DNA from: Antedon mediterranea | Taxonomy: Eukaryota > Animalia > Echinodermata | Reading direction: 5' to 3' | NCBI RefSeq assembly: GCF_964355755.1 | Contig: NC_092675.1 | Coordinates: 925,812-989,811 of the forward strand | DNA: 64,000 bases | Shown here: in pieces, positions 25,057-39,070 of the stretch | How positions within the stretch are numbered: the stretch's first letter is position 1 | Layout: every line of letters starts with the position of its first letter | Notes under the pieces: model-generated | The model's input: only the letters and a program-made list of their open reading frames with translations | Told to the model about the DNA's origin: nothing | Database searches by the model: none | Made by a program: the position numbers and the translations under genes

Positions 25057-25811
25057 GGTCGTGTTTATACAACACCCTAAATTTGAACACGGCTTTAATT
25101 TTTAGCGTGTTGTTCGAACCGAGGTCAACCCACCTTAACGTTTGCTGTTATACTAGAAATCACGATACCGTGTTGTACCGGAAGTTTCATCAACACGCAG
25201 TGCATGCTAGGATAAAAGGTCAAATCGTTGATCGCTTGAATTGGCTGGGTTGTTGTCAACAATCATCGTCGCCTCCTCCAGTCCTCGCTGTCCGATGTAT
25301 TCGCGCGGTTTTTACCATTTTCATTATTGTATTCGTTCACGTTTGCATTGTTGTTTATTTTGTTCTCGGTTCATTTAAATTAATAAAAGTTATTTTAAGG
25401 GTTTCATTGTTTCATCTATACACTATGGAAGAAGATGCCATTTTTGCGATGTTATTTCTTATTCTGTTTGGAGTGGGAAACGATAGAGGCCTACTACCAC
25501 TACGAGTTGGCCCCACTTAGGCTAGGCGTAAGACGTGGTAGGAAGATGATTGCTGGCAGCGAAGCAGCAATAAATGGGCCCAATCTTGTTAGCAACGGCG
25601 CATGACATGATTGATATTACGACCTGTTTTACGAGAGGTAAAAATATACCCTGAGGACACTTCCAACACGGTAACGGCGACCGGGAATCCACCAAATTTT
25701 AGGATTCAGCCTTTTTTGCAATTAAAATCTCATTACACGGAATCTCTTTACAACACACTTCTCGTAGGCGTGTAGAATATGCGTGTAATAGCGTGTTGTA
25801 TAAACGCGCCC
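25057..25811. mobile_element. PIF/Harbinger MITE
   Basis: TIRs ggtcgtgtttatacaacac / gtgttgtataaacgcgccc (17/19 match), with TAA on both sides. Confidence 0.85.
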
Positions 25812-28800
25812 TAAGATTAAAAGTACATAGCAACAAATACATTAGCAACCTTGTTTCATGACGCAGTAAGTGGCTACACAGCTATTGAGTCCAACAGTCA
25901 TTTTACAAATGATCAATTGTTTTAAGAGCCTGGTAGAACTGTTTGACTCATTAGATGAGTAGTATAGTGAAAACAATTTGTACAATTGTAAAAGACTTTA
26001 TCTGCAATTACAGTACTCTACAAAAGAATAATCTTGTTCTATATTTGATAAAACTATACCACTGAAACTACAGTTGTAGGTTGAGAATTCAAAGTGTACT
26101 AATGCTAAAGATTTGTATAAGTCTTTTCCTGACCTCAGGCAGTAACATATTTTCCATGACAAAACATATTGACAAAGGTACAAACACAACCTACGGTTTA
26201 ATCATTTCAATAAGTGTTGCAATGAAAGGAGCATTTACTACAGTAACTGAGATTAGTGGTTCTGTAGCTATTGTTAGTATCTTGTTGCTTAAGAAAACCA
26301 AAGATGAAAAAGGTGGGGGAGGGAACAAGTTACAAATGTTTTACATTTTTCTTGAATATTATAGTAATAACAATCACCTTTCTATAACATTATAAAATGC
26401 ATTCTTTGTTTTAGGAATAAACTATACATACAAAAATAATAAAGTTAAAGCACAACAAAAATAATAACAAATCATAATGTAAAAATCAAAATACAAATAA
26501 AACTGATTTAAGTTCACTAAAAAGTTATACTATAATATATTAAAAGTTTTTTCAAAGAAGGGTTTTATCAAAACAATCAATCTCAAATACTTCTTTCACG
26601 GAGCCTGGTAAAACATTAAAACTTTATAACAGAACGTTAGAAATCAATAATTTTTAGTTGTGTAACACATGATTATTATTATTATTATTACACAGATTAT
26701 TATAACATGAAGATTACACAGAAAACTAAACTATATAGTTTACCTACATTTCCTGAAATATTACCTTTACAGTTATATCTACGTTCCCTATGCAAGATAG
26801 CCTTTGTCAGTTTCGTCAAGACAACAAATCAAACAGCAACTACTCTATTAAATGCATGTTCCACCATCTTCCTTCATTCAACACCGTCGTATAAATCAAT
26901 ATTTAGTTGAATGTCCAACTGTGTTTTGTGATGATATTTGTGAACAATACTATAATCCCATATGCTCCACCAGGCCACAGATATCTGAACATGTTATGTA
27001 ATGTATGATACAATCCTCTAATTTCGTAGCCACAGTTAATAAAAGTATCTTCAATCTGGCTAGCATAGCAACGTAAATTAATTTTATTTATTTTAAGTTA
27101 TTTGTAAACATCACTTTTCTAGTTATTTTATCATTGATTTTCAAATTTTATCAGTGTATTTTTAATAAATTCAGCCTGATATTACTTTGATGCTATTAAA
27201 TAGAATAAATGAATTAATTTAAATAGCAAACGTGTACATCTTTATTCCTTAGAGATTTAGAGGGCAGGCTTCGTATTGTGATTGAACGCAATGATCTCTT
27301 CAAAATATTGTATATTTTAAATTCATAATTAACATAGAAAATTCCAATTCAAATAGTCACAATAAATAACAAACAATAACAAATTATGAAATAGAATTAT
27401 GCAATTAGATCCTTTATTACTCAGTGATAATTAGCCACAAAATCCCTCAATGAAATACAAACATCCTGATAGGATGACATCACACATATAGTGACTTAAA
27501 TACTCATTCATTGACTTTTGATGATTTTTCCGCTGCCGTCGCTTCAAAGGTTGTTTATTGAATGGTTGTTTTCTCTTTACTCCAAAGGAAGACCATCTAT
27601 GTTTCCTGTTTCCTGCTCTTTCTGGCAGATTCTTATGTTTTAAAGCATGACTCCATGTTTAAAGTAGTAAAAAACAAAACATATTTAAGAACACATTACA
27701 AATGAATACAAAGTTACAACCTAGAAAAAGTTAAGCACCGCAAGATATATTCGAAATAAACATTTCATACTGATGTGATACTATAAAAAAACAATACTCA
27801 TCAATTAACAAAACCAATTTTTTTTTTTTTTTTTTTTTTTTTTGGAAATAGCACATACAGTAATTGTAGTGACGATTTTACTCCATACCAAAATATACTT
27901 TTTTTTTTATTATTTTGGTTCAGGGTTATGTAAAAGCATGACAGCGGGATCAAAATATGTAATAATTACAGATTTGTTTTTAAAACTATAAAATAGATCA
28001 TTTACGGTAGTGTTATAAAATCTATTTATCAATGTTATCAATGATAGTGTTATACTTGGTAATGTGATGTCAGTCAGTGATGTCACAAGCAAGTGACGTC
28101 TTCATATGCATCATCAAAACTGTTTATTTTTATGAATTTTATTGTCATTTGTTTATAATTATGCTCAATAATTATGACGTGTAGAAATGAATTTGGAATG
28201 AACTTTTGAAAGTGTCTGTAAATGTGTACTATTTACACTTGCATATTATTCATAATGGTTATTTGTAAATGGTCATGCTTTAACACAACAATTGACAGTA
28301 TGTCAAGTTGTAGTAGAGTAGTACTGTAAATACAAAATTTAATCTATGATGTTGAAGTTTCTTAAGTATTACTTTGTCATAACCCAAACTGAGATCAGCA
28401 AATGACAGTAAAAAGTACATCAATTTACCATACAAAATCATGTCAATTAATGTAATTATAAAGCTATTGTGCATACCACAGTTTGACTGATACCACAAGT
28501 AAAGTCATTAGAATGTTTATTCTGTGCTTATATTATATGCCCACATTTTGGGAATAATCCCAGGGTGGGCTTCTACAGAACCTTTCTTTATGTTTAGGTA
28601 TGTATTATAAAATATTTAATGAATCGATCATTCAATATTAAGAAATATTATACTTCTGATTATGATATATTATAGGCCTACAACATCTGATTCTTTTGAC
28701 TTATGCCAGATGTAGTCAGTCATAAATAATGTCTATCATTATTATGTTAGTAATGCATGTGTTTATATTTACAAGACTTTATTAATTAGAACTACTTTGT

Positions 28801-30811
28801 ATGATTAATTCTAATTGTTGGGCTTTAATATTTTCATGCTTTACAAAGTAAGAACTTTGGCTGGCATAAATTGCACATTCTAAGAAGATGATCAATTCAT
28901 TTATGGTGAAAATTGAAAACATTTCCTGGAAATTGTCTCAGATTTTACACCCTAATAAAAAAGAATTGGAGTGGTTGTGAAATCTAGGAAAGAAATGAGA
29001 TTCCATAAAACTGTATTTTGAATACAGTATTTAGGAAAACATAAAGCAATGAGATCACACGGCATATGGATAACTTCCGGTTGTCATGGGTGAAGTTTAA
29101 TTTTCTTTTCTGATGTTCTATTAATAAATCAACCCACGTACGATGTAATGGTGACCTGCTTCCCTCCACGCTTCCTCATATTGTTAAGACAAACCCTAAA
29201 CAAGATCAGAATCTTTATACATTGTCATTCAACAGCTTAAAAAACTAAAATATCAACATATTAGAACTTCTCTTTTGAGGCAAACCTATTAAGAGGACAT
29301 CTCTATTTAGGAGACACTTTCCCATTAAATGAACGAGGGACAATAAACTCCTATTCAAGGGGAATTCCTAGTGTAACAGGAGGATACTATATGTTGGGTT
29401 CGCAAGGCGTTATTTTAAATATCTAACTATTAATTAATTAATAATAATAAGCAAGTTTCCCAATTTAAGTACAACATTGAAAAGGAAAAAAAATGTAAAA
29501 AATAAGAAAAAAAAAACATTGTATTGATTAAGTTTTGTAATTCAATGTTCAATTGTTAGATTAAAACAAATTTATATCACTTTATCCTTAAAATAAATAA
29601 TATAATGGAAATTTATATACAAAAATTATTTAAAAATAATTGATTTTTTTTACAATTTTTCACCTTCAATTGGTTTATTACTAAAATCCCTGGCATTAAT
29701 TCTCTATTTACTAGTGGAGGTGGAAATGTAATTAATTTAGATTTAAACAGTGATATGATTTGAAACCGCAGCTTCTGTCGTTGAACATCTACTTAAATAT
29801 TCAAACCACATATTATATCTTCTCGAAACACTATCAAGTTACAAGATAACGCTTGCCTATCTGCTTATTAAATCCATTACATTACCAATCGCCTCTTTGA
29901 GAATTCTAAAAAGCATTACGAGCTGTATTTTGAGCATGCTCAGATCGATGCTTTATTCCATGATTGCAGAATATGAGAACAGATGGTTAGTATACATACA
30001 AGCCTAGCCTGGAAATATTCGCATCTGGCATCCTTTTGTTAGAGGCTTTGGCTGCACGCGCCATTGACAAGTTGGCAAGGAAAGGATCCCAATGCCTTTG
30101 TTATTATTTCTTTTATTCTGTAATCATTCAGGTTAATTATTCAAAGTCAGTGTATACTAAGGACTTAAATGATTCCCTCTGTCCCTGTACATGAACATGA
30201 ACATGAATTTATACAACACTATAGCTGAGAACACCATCCATACCTAGTTACAATTGCTGTACAGTAAACTACAAACTGATGAGTAGCAACTAATATCACT
30301 GATTTTATTCTTTTCTACACTTTCTTTGCATCAGTATAAAAATGTTGGATATTTTCAAGAATAATTGGTAATTCAAATTACTGCTAACTTGTTTGTTAAT
30401 TAAACAGTGTTTAGATCCAATTACAGAATCCTGTGAAGGCTTTACCAAATTAAGATTTATAAAAATAAATTGCAATCAACCTGTGAGATTTTACACGGTG
30501 TTTGATATATCTGTTTTTTGTTTGTACAGAACTAAAAATACTCTGTTTTATCTTGGTGTATAATGGCATATTGTACATTGTAAACATACTTTAATTTGAA
30601 ATAAAGTGGATTATAGTTTTATCAAGGAAACAGTATGTACAATATGGTTCAAGGTTCATTGGGTTCAAGGTTCAATGTGGGTTAAGATTTATGGTACAGA
30701 CATGTCCTGTATTTTGCCTTTTATAGGTCAGACCTTACACCTCCAGATGTTATTCTACTTTACTATGTTATTGATTGTAGAGTATTTAATAGTGAGACTT
30801 TTTAGCTTTTA

Positions 30812-31504
30812 GGGCCTGTTTCTATTGAAAAATAAAAAAAGAACGTTTTTTTGGAAACCGGTTTCGGCTGTTGTTTATAAATAAAGATCGCGTTGCAGCT
30901 CAATTTTTACTCCAATAAAACCGGTTCCGTCCATATGCGTTCGTTATGAATGACGTCATTATATACACCACAATGCAGTTCGTTAGGAGGAAGCGCGATT
31001 GGATCGAGGTCATGTTTACTTTTTTTCGCATAGCGCGATCCCCAAGAAATAGCATCCATTTCATCATAGAAGGGGGAATTATTACCTCATCTTCTTTCCT
31101 TCACATATTTTTTACGAACCTTGTAATGGCATTGGTCAACATTTTTTAGTTAAATAAAATACTCACTATCTAGAGAAATAAAAATGACTTAGGCCTAGGT
31201 CCTATCGCGCGAGTTTGACTGCGAGTTGACCGCAATCGTCCCAGTGCAGCAGACTTCAGAGTTCAGTTTTTGGGGTCAAATTGAGACCGCGATTGTGTTG
31301 CAGCTAAAAATTGCTCCGCGGAAACCGGTTTCAGAACGGTTCTTTGCGATCGAGACCGCAATCAATTGGGGTTTTTGAAACCGTTTTTAAGATCGGTCCT
31401 TTTTTGTGGTTTTTTGTGGGGACCCATTTCTGCTGGCAAGAAAAAACGGTTCTTGAAAAGAACGGTATTCAAAACCGTATTCTCTGCTCTTTAGAAACAG
31501 GCCC
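30812..31504 (-). mobile_element. PIF/Harbinger MITE related to the 1806 element
   Basis: Perfect 13-bp TIR gggcctgtttcta with TTA duplication on both sides. A minus-strand relic reads SPFYDEMDAI/LGDR (end of a Myb/SANT-like domain) at ~31030-31080. Confidence 0.85.
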
Positions 31505-34500
31505 TTAGTTGTACAATATTTATAAACATGATAGATTAATTATTGTTTAAGCAAACAGCATGAGATTTATATATTGTGCTGTTGTAACCTGTGGCAGAAG
31601 CTCTATGTTTGAAACTCGCAGGAGGATGTGTATGTGTGGCACACATCATGGTATACCTTTAGTGAAGTTGGAAACCAACTCAAAACTTGTTCAACATTAT
31701 TGAAAAAGAAAATCATTTAAAAAAAAACATACTTTACAAACGTTTTATCGACAATAATCATTAGCTAAAGCATCAAAATTAAATTCATCATTGCACGTAC
31801 TGTAATTAGGAAATATAAGTGGGTAAATTGCAACTTGGGTTATGGCATCACTATCCATCTTGTAGGTGCTCTTTGATCTTTGATGTAAGGTTACCTGTAA
31901 AGGTCGTATTTATATGTAAGGTCAACTCTTTGTACATCTTCTTCTCTCTAGTAGCAACATTTTGCATTGCATTATCTGTCAAGGACAGTGCTATAAATTA
32001 TATACAGAAGGTTAATACTGACAATCATTTCCTAGTATTAATACTACCAATATTGATTATAATGCATTTTGTTGCTTTTACTCTATTGGTGTATTGTTAA
32101 AATTAACATATTAGCAGCAATAGAATAACACTATACATGTTGATATAAACACGCTTTAGAATTGTATAATAATTATATACTCTGTTGGTTTTTGTAGTCT
32201 GTTGGTTTTCAAACATTTAAACAAATCAGTCTTTATAATAGTTATTACTGATTTTATTCAATTTGGTTTATATTTTATGCATGTAAAATTGTAATGTCCC
32301 AGATAAAGCTGGGCGAATGTAATATTAGAAAGCTGAATTTGGGGTATTGTTTCAGAGCTTTGTTAAAGGTGGGCTAAAATATTGACCAGAAGTGGGGTTA
32401 TATCTGAATCTTACAATACAGTATATTTAAGGGTAGTTTAGGATTTTAACTGATTTGTTGAGTACAGGTGGTGTGTTTATAGCTTATATATGATGGTACA
32501 TAGACAATGATGTATCCCTTTGTAGTATTACATTTTAAACTTCTGAGGGTACTATTTTGATCTAAGTGTCACTTGACTATAGGGGTATTTTAGGCTTGAA
32601 GAAGGGTGTAGGAAAGTTATTTACATTTTACTACTAGTAAGTTATCACTCTACAACAAAATGAAAAATGCACTATCTTTAAATCGTAATTGTCAGTGGCC
32701 AAACAATAAATGTCATTGTTGCAAGGAACATACACACATAAAACAAAATACATGAACATACAGTATACACATATTTATGAATTACAATAGTACTGTCTAT
32801 AAACGTTGTCTTGGTCCAGAATTTTTGGTTGGTTTCAACAACTACAAGAAATTTGTTAAAACTATATAATTATAATATAATTATTATTTTCCCTTTCAGT
32901 ATTATTATATATGCTTTTCTAATGATTTTTTGCTTTTACTCTGTAAAAGCATTATATAAATTCTTTAAAATGTGTACTGTACGTCATATGATTCTCTTTA
33001 ACAGGCAATTCTCAGAAATATTATCAAATTTTTTTGTTTATATCTTTATACTATCTAAAATTTGATGATTTGAAATTTAAGATATAGAAACACATCGAGA
33101 GCAATTGAGGAAGGAAAAACATTAATAATAATAAATAATGTACATCAAACTAAAAGAATAATAATAAAATTTTATTGCAAGAACGTTTTACGATAACTAT
33201 TACTTAATAGCTACAATAATTTCCATTGTGTTGTGTGGTTATTTTAAAGGTGACTTTCTGTTAATTGATTTTAAATGTACTTGGAAGATGTTTTACATTA
33301 CAAACAAATCCAATTACAGGTCGAAATTTTAAAATAATCCAGTATACTTTATATTATTTAAAGTGCGTTCTGTACATAAACAAAATACATATTTACAATT
33401 GATAAAAAATGTTTTGCTTGTATCTATATTATAGGTATATTTAATAGATATATAATAGCTTGCATATTTAATTTTTTTTATGATTTTATCAAAAATAATT
33501 ATATTATAATTTGTCTATTCTTGAAATATGTAAGATTTTGTAAACAAAGTAAACACATGAGAATAAAAATGTATAATTTATTGTGAAATCTATACTATTC
33601 AGAAAACAAATTATTATGTGTATCCCATATATTATAATATTAATACCAGTATTTAAAACAATTTAAGATATACAGTATACCTTTTTATTTATTTAGAAAT
33701 TAAATGTTATTGTCTTAAGGCCAATGAATGATGTTATGTGATTCATTACAATGCACTACCCACTGCAAACAACAGTTGAGTGACGTCATACCAACGTAGG
33801 CCTCAAATCCTGGTTTAATTTGAAATCCTTTAGAATGAAAGCCTGATGACGTAAGACCTTTGATAGCAATAGGAAGTTAGCCTGGTTGTATCCAGGTGTT
33901 GATACTTATATCACATTATGATGCTTGTTGTAAATGTAAGGTTTTTATCAGTTGGCATTTTCACTGCTAAAAAGACATGAATTGATGTGTGTGGACACGT
34001 GTATAAACAAAATAAACCTTTTTACTTTTTCATTTATTGTTTATATTGTATTGCTTTCTTCTTTCTAGTCTAGATAGGAGTTATGTGATTACTGAAGCTA
34101 TTGTAGTACCTGCTAATTGATATATTCCCTTATGGAATGGAGTTTCATTGAATATTTTTAAACAAAAGTGTCTTTGGTTTTATAATATTTCAATACAGTA
34201 CAAATCAGTTATAATAATATTGTACAATAAAATAATGATTTTTTAATTAATAATAAAATATTCCTTAAAACAAAGCTACCCAATTTTTATAGAAAAAGAT
34301 TCATCAGATTTCAATCAAACATTTAAGAATAATTTATTTTAAGGTGACTTGTTTTAGTATTCCTGACAATAGTAGACAACGATTTTGAATACATATCTTA
34401 ATTATTATACAACATAATTTGTCTGAATTTATTAACCTGTAGAATCTTAATAATTGATGATTGATAACTAAAAAACATATTTCTTTTGTTATTTTAATAA

Positions 34501-36429
34501 ATTTTGAGAACAAGAGAAAGGGAAATAAAATGGAGTAGACACACGTCTCAATTGTACATGTTATAAATACACTACACAAGTATCAATTCTACCTTTTATT
34601 ACCGTGCCACAAGTTTTATTCATTATTGAACTCATCTGATCAACATAACAATGAATATAAAAATCCAAAATGCTTTTCCTGATTTAGTAAATGTAGTAAT
34701 TTTATGGTCGATTTGCTTACTACGATTTTGAATTTGCATAATGGAATAACTCGTACTAGTAGCAGGTATATCATGAGAAGAATACACTACAGGCAATTGT
34801 ACATATATTTGAATAGGAACTACACACTTGGTTCGTTTTTGTAAGTGACAAAAGCTTACATTGTCACTTTTATTTTGTTAATGCTATGACAAATGAAAGG
34901 AATCACAGAAAAATGTGGACTGTATTTCTGTCATAGCAAATTAATCAATTTCAGGGTTTCATAAAATAATAAATTGATGTTTTTTCTTTTCTGTGAATCA
35001 GTGTTATGTAAAAAAAATCTATTTTTATATAGGCCTAATACATAATAAAAAAATCTATCATATTTTAGTCAAGGAAGAGTGAAATTACTGTACACTCTTT
35101 CACACTAATTTCACTCTTACATGTTTTAATCTATTTGTCTTATCAGTTTATAAACTTTAACATTTTATGGTTCAATAATAATTTCTTTTCTTACTAATAC
35201 CACCATAGAGATATCTCTATGATACCACTAAATGATAGCTTGGTTAATGTTGTCTTGTAGTTGACAAATAAACAGAAAACCTGCCTTAATAAAGTTATAT
35301 AGTATAATATTAAAATATGTATGGATTATCAGAAAAATTATATTTATTTGTAATGTTATAGTAATACAAATAATAAATCAAAAGAATATTTGTAAATTCT
35401 ATAGAAATAATTTTGTCATCTATTATATAAAAATTAGGGTAATTTTTAACAAAATTAAGGGGAAATGGCAACTAAAACATAAAAAGAAATTACAGAGTTA
35501 GCCAAATCAATTACTAAACAAGTTCTTGTTAGCATTTGTTATTGGTCAATACAATTGTGCTGTTGTCATACCTAAATGTTATTGCGCAACAATTGATAAC
35601 AAGATAATATTATGAAACATTGTGTGTGAACAACAAAACTGACTAACATAATAATTTTCAACACTAGAATTTTCTTGATTTTTATGGATTGTTGTAATAA
35701 ACGCCCACTTACTCTTCTGTTCAGTCATTAGTGAAAAATAGAAATAGAGTTTATTATTCATGATAGTTTTAGAAAATCACATATCACATCAAAATTTATT
35801 TTAAAACTTATTAGATAAATTATTAGTAAATTTATATGACACATTTGTGTTGCGAAATATAGTTGGAAATATTTGTTCATATTTCATCTACTTCTTCTTA
35901 TACTGTATATCCTATTGAATACTGACAACATACACTGACATGTTTTATTATTTTCACTTCATTTCCAACTATATTTTTTGTTTGAGAAACATTATTTCCA
36001 CAGATCTGCACCTAGCATTTACAGTACTAATTCACTCAATTTTTTTCAATTTCTAGTGGAGGAATTATTTTCTTCCATGGTTTAAGGAACAAAGATTCAG
36101 TCTTTTTGATTTTACCACTTTTAGGAATTGAGGCCACTTACATTACAAGGTTCTTTATGTGGAATTCTGAAATCAAGGATAGTAATCCAAAATGTCTATT
36201 TTTTATGTTAATATGTGGGGCAATAACAATTATATGTACTAAATAATTCTATTAGAATAGATTAAGGCAGTTTTTTGCATTGTTGACAATTTTTGAATGA
36301 TACTTTAAGTAATCACTGTATATTTTATTGTTAAATAATTTCCTAATTACACAGTTGAGCTTTCAATTTGTGTGTAAAAAATACTGGTAGCACTAGAAAA
36401 AATGTTAAAAACCAGAACTTGTACTAGTA

Positions 36430-37055
36430 CAGGTCACAAGCCTATCTAATAGAGTCATGTTGCTTTAGTTGACAGCCAGCCAATCAGATCATAGGATAGA
36501 TCAGTTGAGGTCACAAAGGTCAGACTGTCATTGAGTTGGATTTCAGGTTTTTTTTTTGTCCCAAGGTCCAATTAGAATAAAGCAGTCTTCAGCCAGTTAA
36601 TCTGATCATTCAACCAGGAGTTGTTCATGTGGTAAGAAGCGAGCTTTATGCATCCACTCTCTCTGTTATTGATTTCTGTTGAGAGTTACGTAGTAGCTGC
36701 ATGGTAACTGAATCTAATACATAATACTATATTGGATTTATCTAGCACATTTTCTTCTCTGGATTTCTTAATGTGTTATCTGCTTTCCTGCAAATTATGG
36801 ATAATTACACGGTGTTAAATAACGGAACCAAGGGTCAGAAATAATATATTAGTGTATGCATACATTCATTGTATTGTGAGACTATCTTTATTGTAAACCT
36901 TAATGTACGGTCCAGCTGATTGAGTATACTTAACACTCTCTGTTTATTGTTGTGTTTTATTTGAGCAAAAGATTACATTCTTTTCTTGCCGATTTTTTTC
37001 TCTGGATATTCTTATTACCTGTCCTGGTTGGATTTATAATGTATTTTCTGAAATT
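36430..37055 (+). promoter_or_regulatory. Candidate internal promoter and alternative first exon of ZMIZ1
   Basis: CCAAT box agccaatcag (~36478), perfect AGGTCA-caa-AGGTCA (36508-36522), ATG at 37039 and consensus donor GTAAGT at 37056. Motif-only evidence. Confidence 0.3.
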
Positions 37056-37702
37056 GTAAGTATATTTTAATGTTTTATTGTTGAATGTACAGTACATTTA
37101 TATCTATAAAATTCATATAAAACAAATCAAATATAATTATAAGTTGGGCGCTGAACATGAAAATAAAAAATGACTTTACTTTTTAAAGAATAACATTAAC
37201 ATTATTATTGAATATTATTACTGTATAGTATTTGCAACCATTTTTGGAATACCCATTTATGATAACTTTGTTCATCATAAACATGGTTACTAATAAAATA
37301 AATTCATTGTATATTTGTTGTGGATACTGAAAAATGTGAGAGATAATGTCCTCATACTGTAGTAGGTGGCTTTTGATTAGTGACATTATACCTATAGGCT
37401 ATAGTGGGTACTAATTATGCCATGCTACTTTTTGTGCACATGCTGGGATGTACTTCCTTACTCGTTTCCTTGGCACAGTTTTGGTAGATTCTAGGTGCAG
37501 ACCAATTGCGTAACACTGGAGGAAAAGGCCCCTGGTTTAGCACTGCTAAGGGGCCCTCAACGCTCATAGCCGTTACGACACTGCCAACACCATTCTCATT
37601 CTCATTGTCGATATATCATATCGAAAAGCTCCATATTATTGATATTCCAATCAATCCTATTGGTGTTGAAAAGAGGTTCTAATATAGTTTAGAATCAATA
37701 AT

Positions 37703-37962
37703 TGTGTTATCCCTTGCTGTGTGTCCTTTTGCTGTGTTATCCCTTGCTGTGTGTCCTTTTGCTGTGTTATCCCTTGCTGTGTGTCCTTTTGCTGTGTTAT
37801 CCCTTGCTGTGTGTCCTTTTGCTGTGTTATCCCTTGCTGTGTGTCCTTTTGCTGTGTTATCCCTTGCTGTGTGTCCTTTTGCTGTGTTATCCCTTGCTGT
37901 GTGTCCTTTTGCTGTGTTATTCCTTGCTGTGTTATCCCTTGCTGTGTGTCCTTTTGCTGTGT
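37703..37962. repeat. 30-bp minisatellite (tgtgttatcccttgctgtgtgtccttttgc) made of two related 15-mers
   Basis: About 8.5 copies, directly visible. Confidence 0.95.
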
Positions 37963-38446
37963 ATCAAAGAGGTTCATTATTCTGTTCTTGGAGAATGTAG
38001 ACATCAATCAAAGATAATAATTTAGATATGTTTCTTTGAATCAATAAAACAAATATTCTAGCTAGTGGAAAGAAAACTGATTCAGAGATATGATTGTGAC
38101 TGTCTGCTAACAGTTCAAAGGTCATATCATTTAAAGCACCACTATAGTCCAAGTCCTAGTATTAAATATCGTCAAACTATAAAGCGCAAAGTGCTTCGTT
38201 TGACATTTATTAATTAATATGTCTTAATTGCTATTAAAATCTTGCCATGCAATGGAAATAAAAAGTCTATGAAACCTGATTTTCTTTCATTGGAATTGAA
38301 AAACTATTATTTATAGGTCAGTGTTTTTTTTAACTATAGCTATACAGTACATGCTTTTTGTACATACACAATGTTTTTACAATGTGGTGAAAAAAATTAA
38401 TTTGTATTTTTTGTATGTCTTAACTTACAAACATTACAAAGCTTAA

Positions 38447-39070
38447 AGACCCCTTCCCTGCAATTTTGGACGTTTTTTGGAAAATAATACATATATCACT
38501 TTAAAAACATTAAACCATGTCATTCCTTGTCTTAAATGTACGTTTTATGGTAAATTATGATAAAAAGTGAGAAACAATGCACTACCTAAGTAGCTCGCGG
38601 CGGTCGACCTCTCGTGGATAGTCTTAGGCCTAGCCTAGCTAGGCTTAGTTTTGTAGGCCTAGCTGGTAAACATCGGTAACGTACGAACATCATACACTAG
38701 CTATATACCTAGCCTGACGTTGTATAGTTGCTGCATTAATTGTCTTTCTATTTTTGCCAGACTCCGTTGATACAAATTGGGGAAAACCCGGTATTTTCGC
38801 TGAAAAGTTAGGAGTCTTCCATTTGTTTTGGCCTCACGATCAATCGAAAAGTGGGCGAATTACAGGTGAAAAACAAAAATATCAATCCGCGCGCAATGCA
38901 TTTTGGGATTTATAGCGGGCCGCTATAATTATTAGAATCGACTTATTTTTCACATTTTTAACCGTTTAAAGACGAAAAAAGTTATCGCAATAGGACCATA
39001 TAGTATTATTTTTACATTAAATATAGTTTGTGCTCTTAAATTAGATCTAAAAAACGTGGGGAAGGGGGCT
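38447..39070. mobile_element. Kolobok-like MITE
   Basis: TTAA on both sides, AG...CT termini, TIR agaccccttccc / gggaagggggct (11/12 match). Confidence 0.75.

Noticed and set aside
25083-25520. 145-aa ORF
   Set aside because: Lies inside a MITE and shows no recognisable domain; at most a degraded transposase start.
29260-29390. Possible degraded Tc1/mariner-like MITE
   Set aside because: Termini too eroded to support.
37657-38025. Cys-rich and Gln-rich repeat ORFs
   Set aside because: Artefacts of the 30-bp minisatellite.
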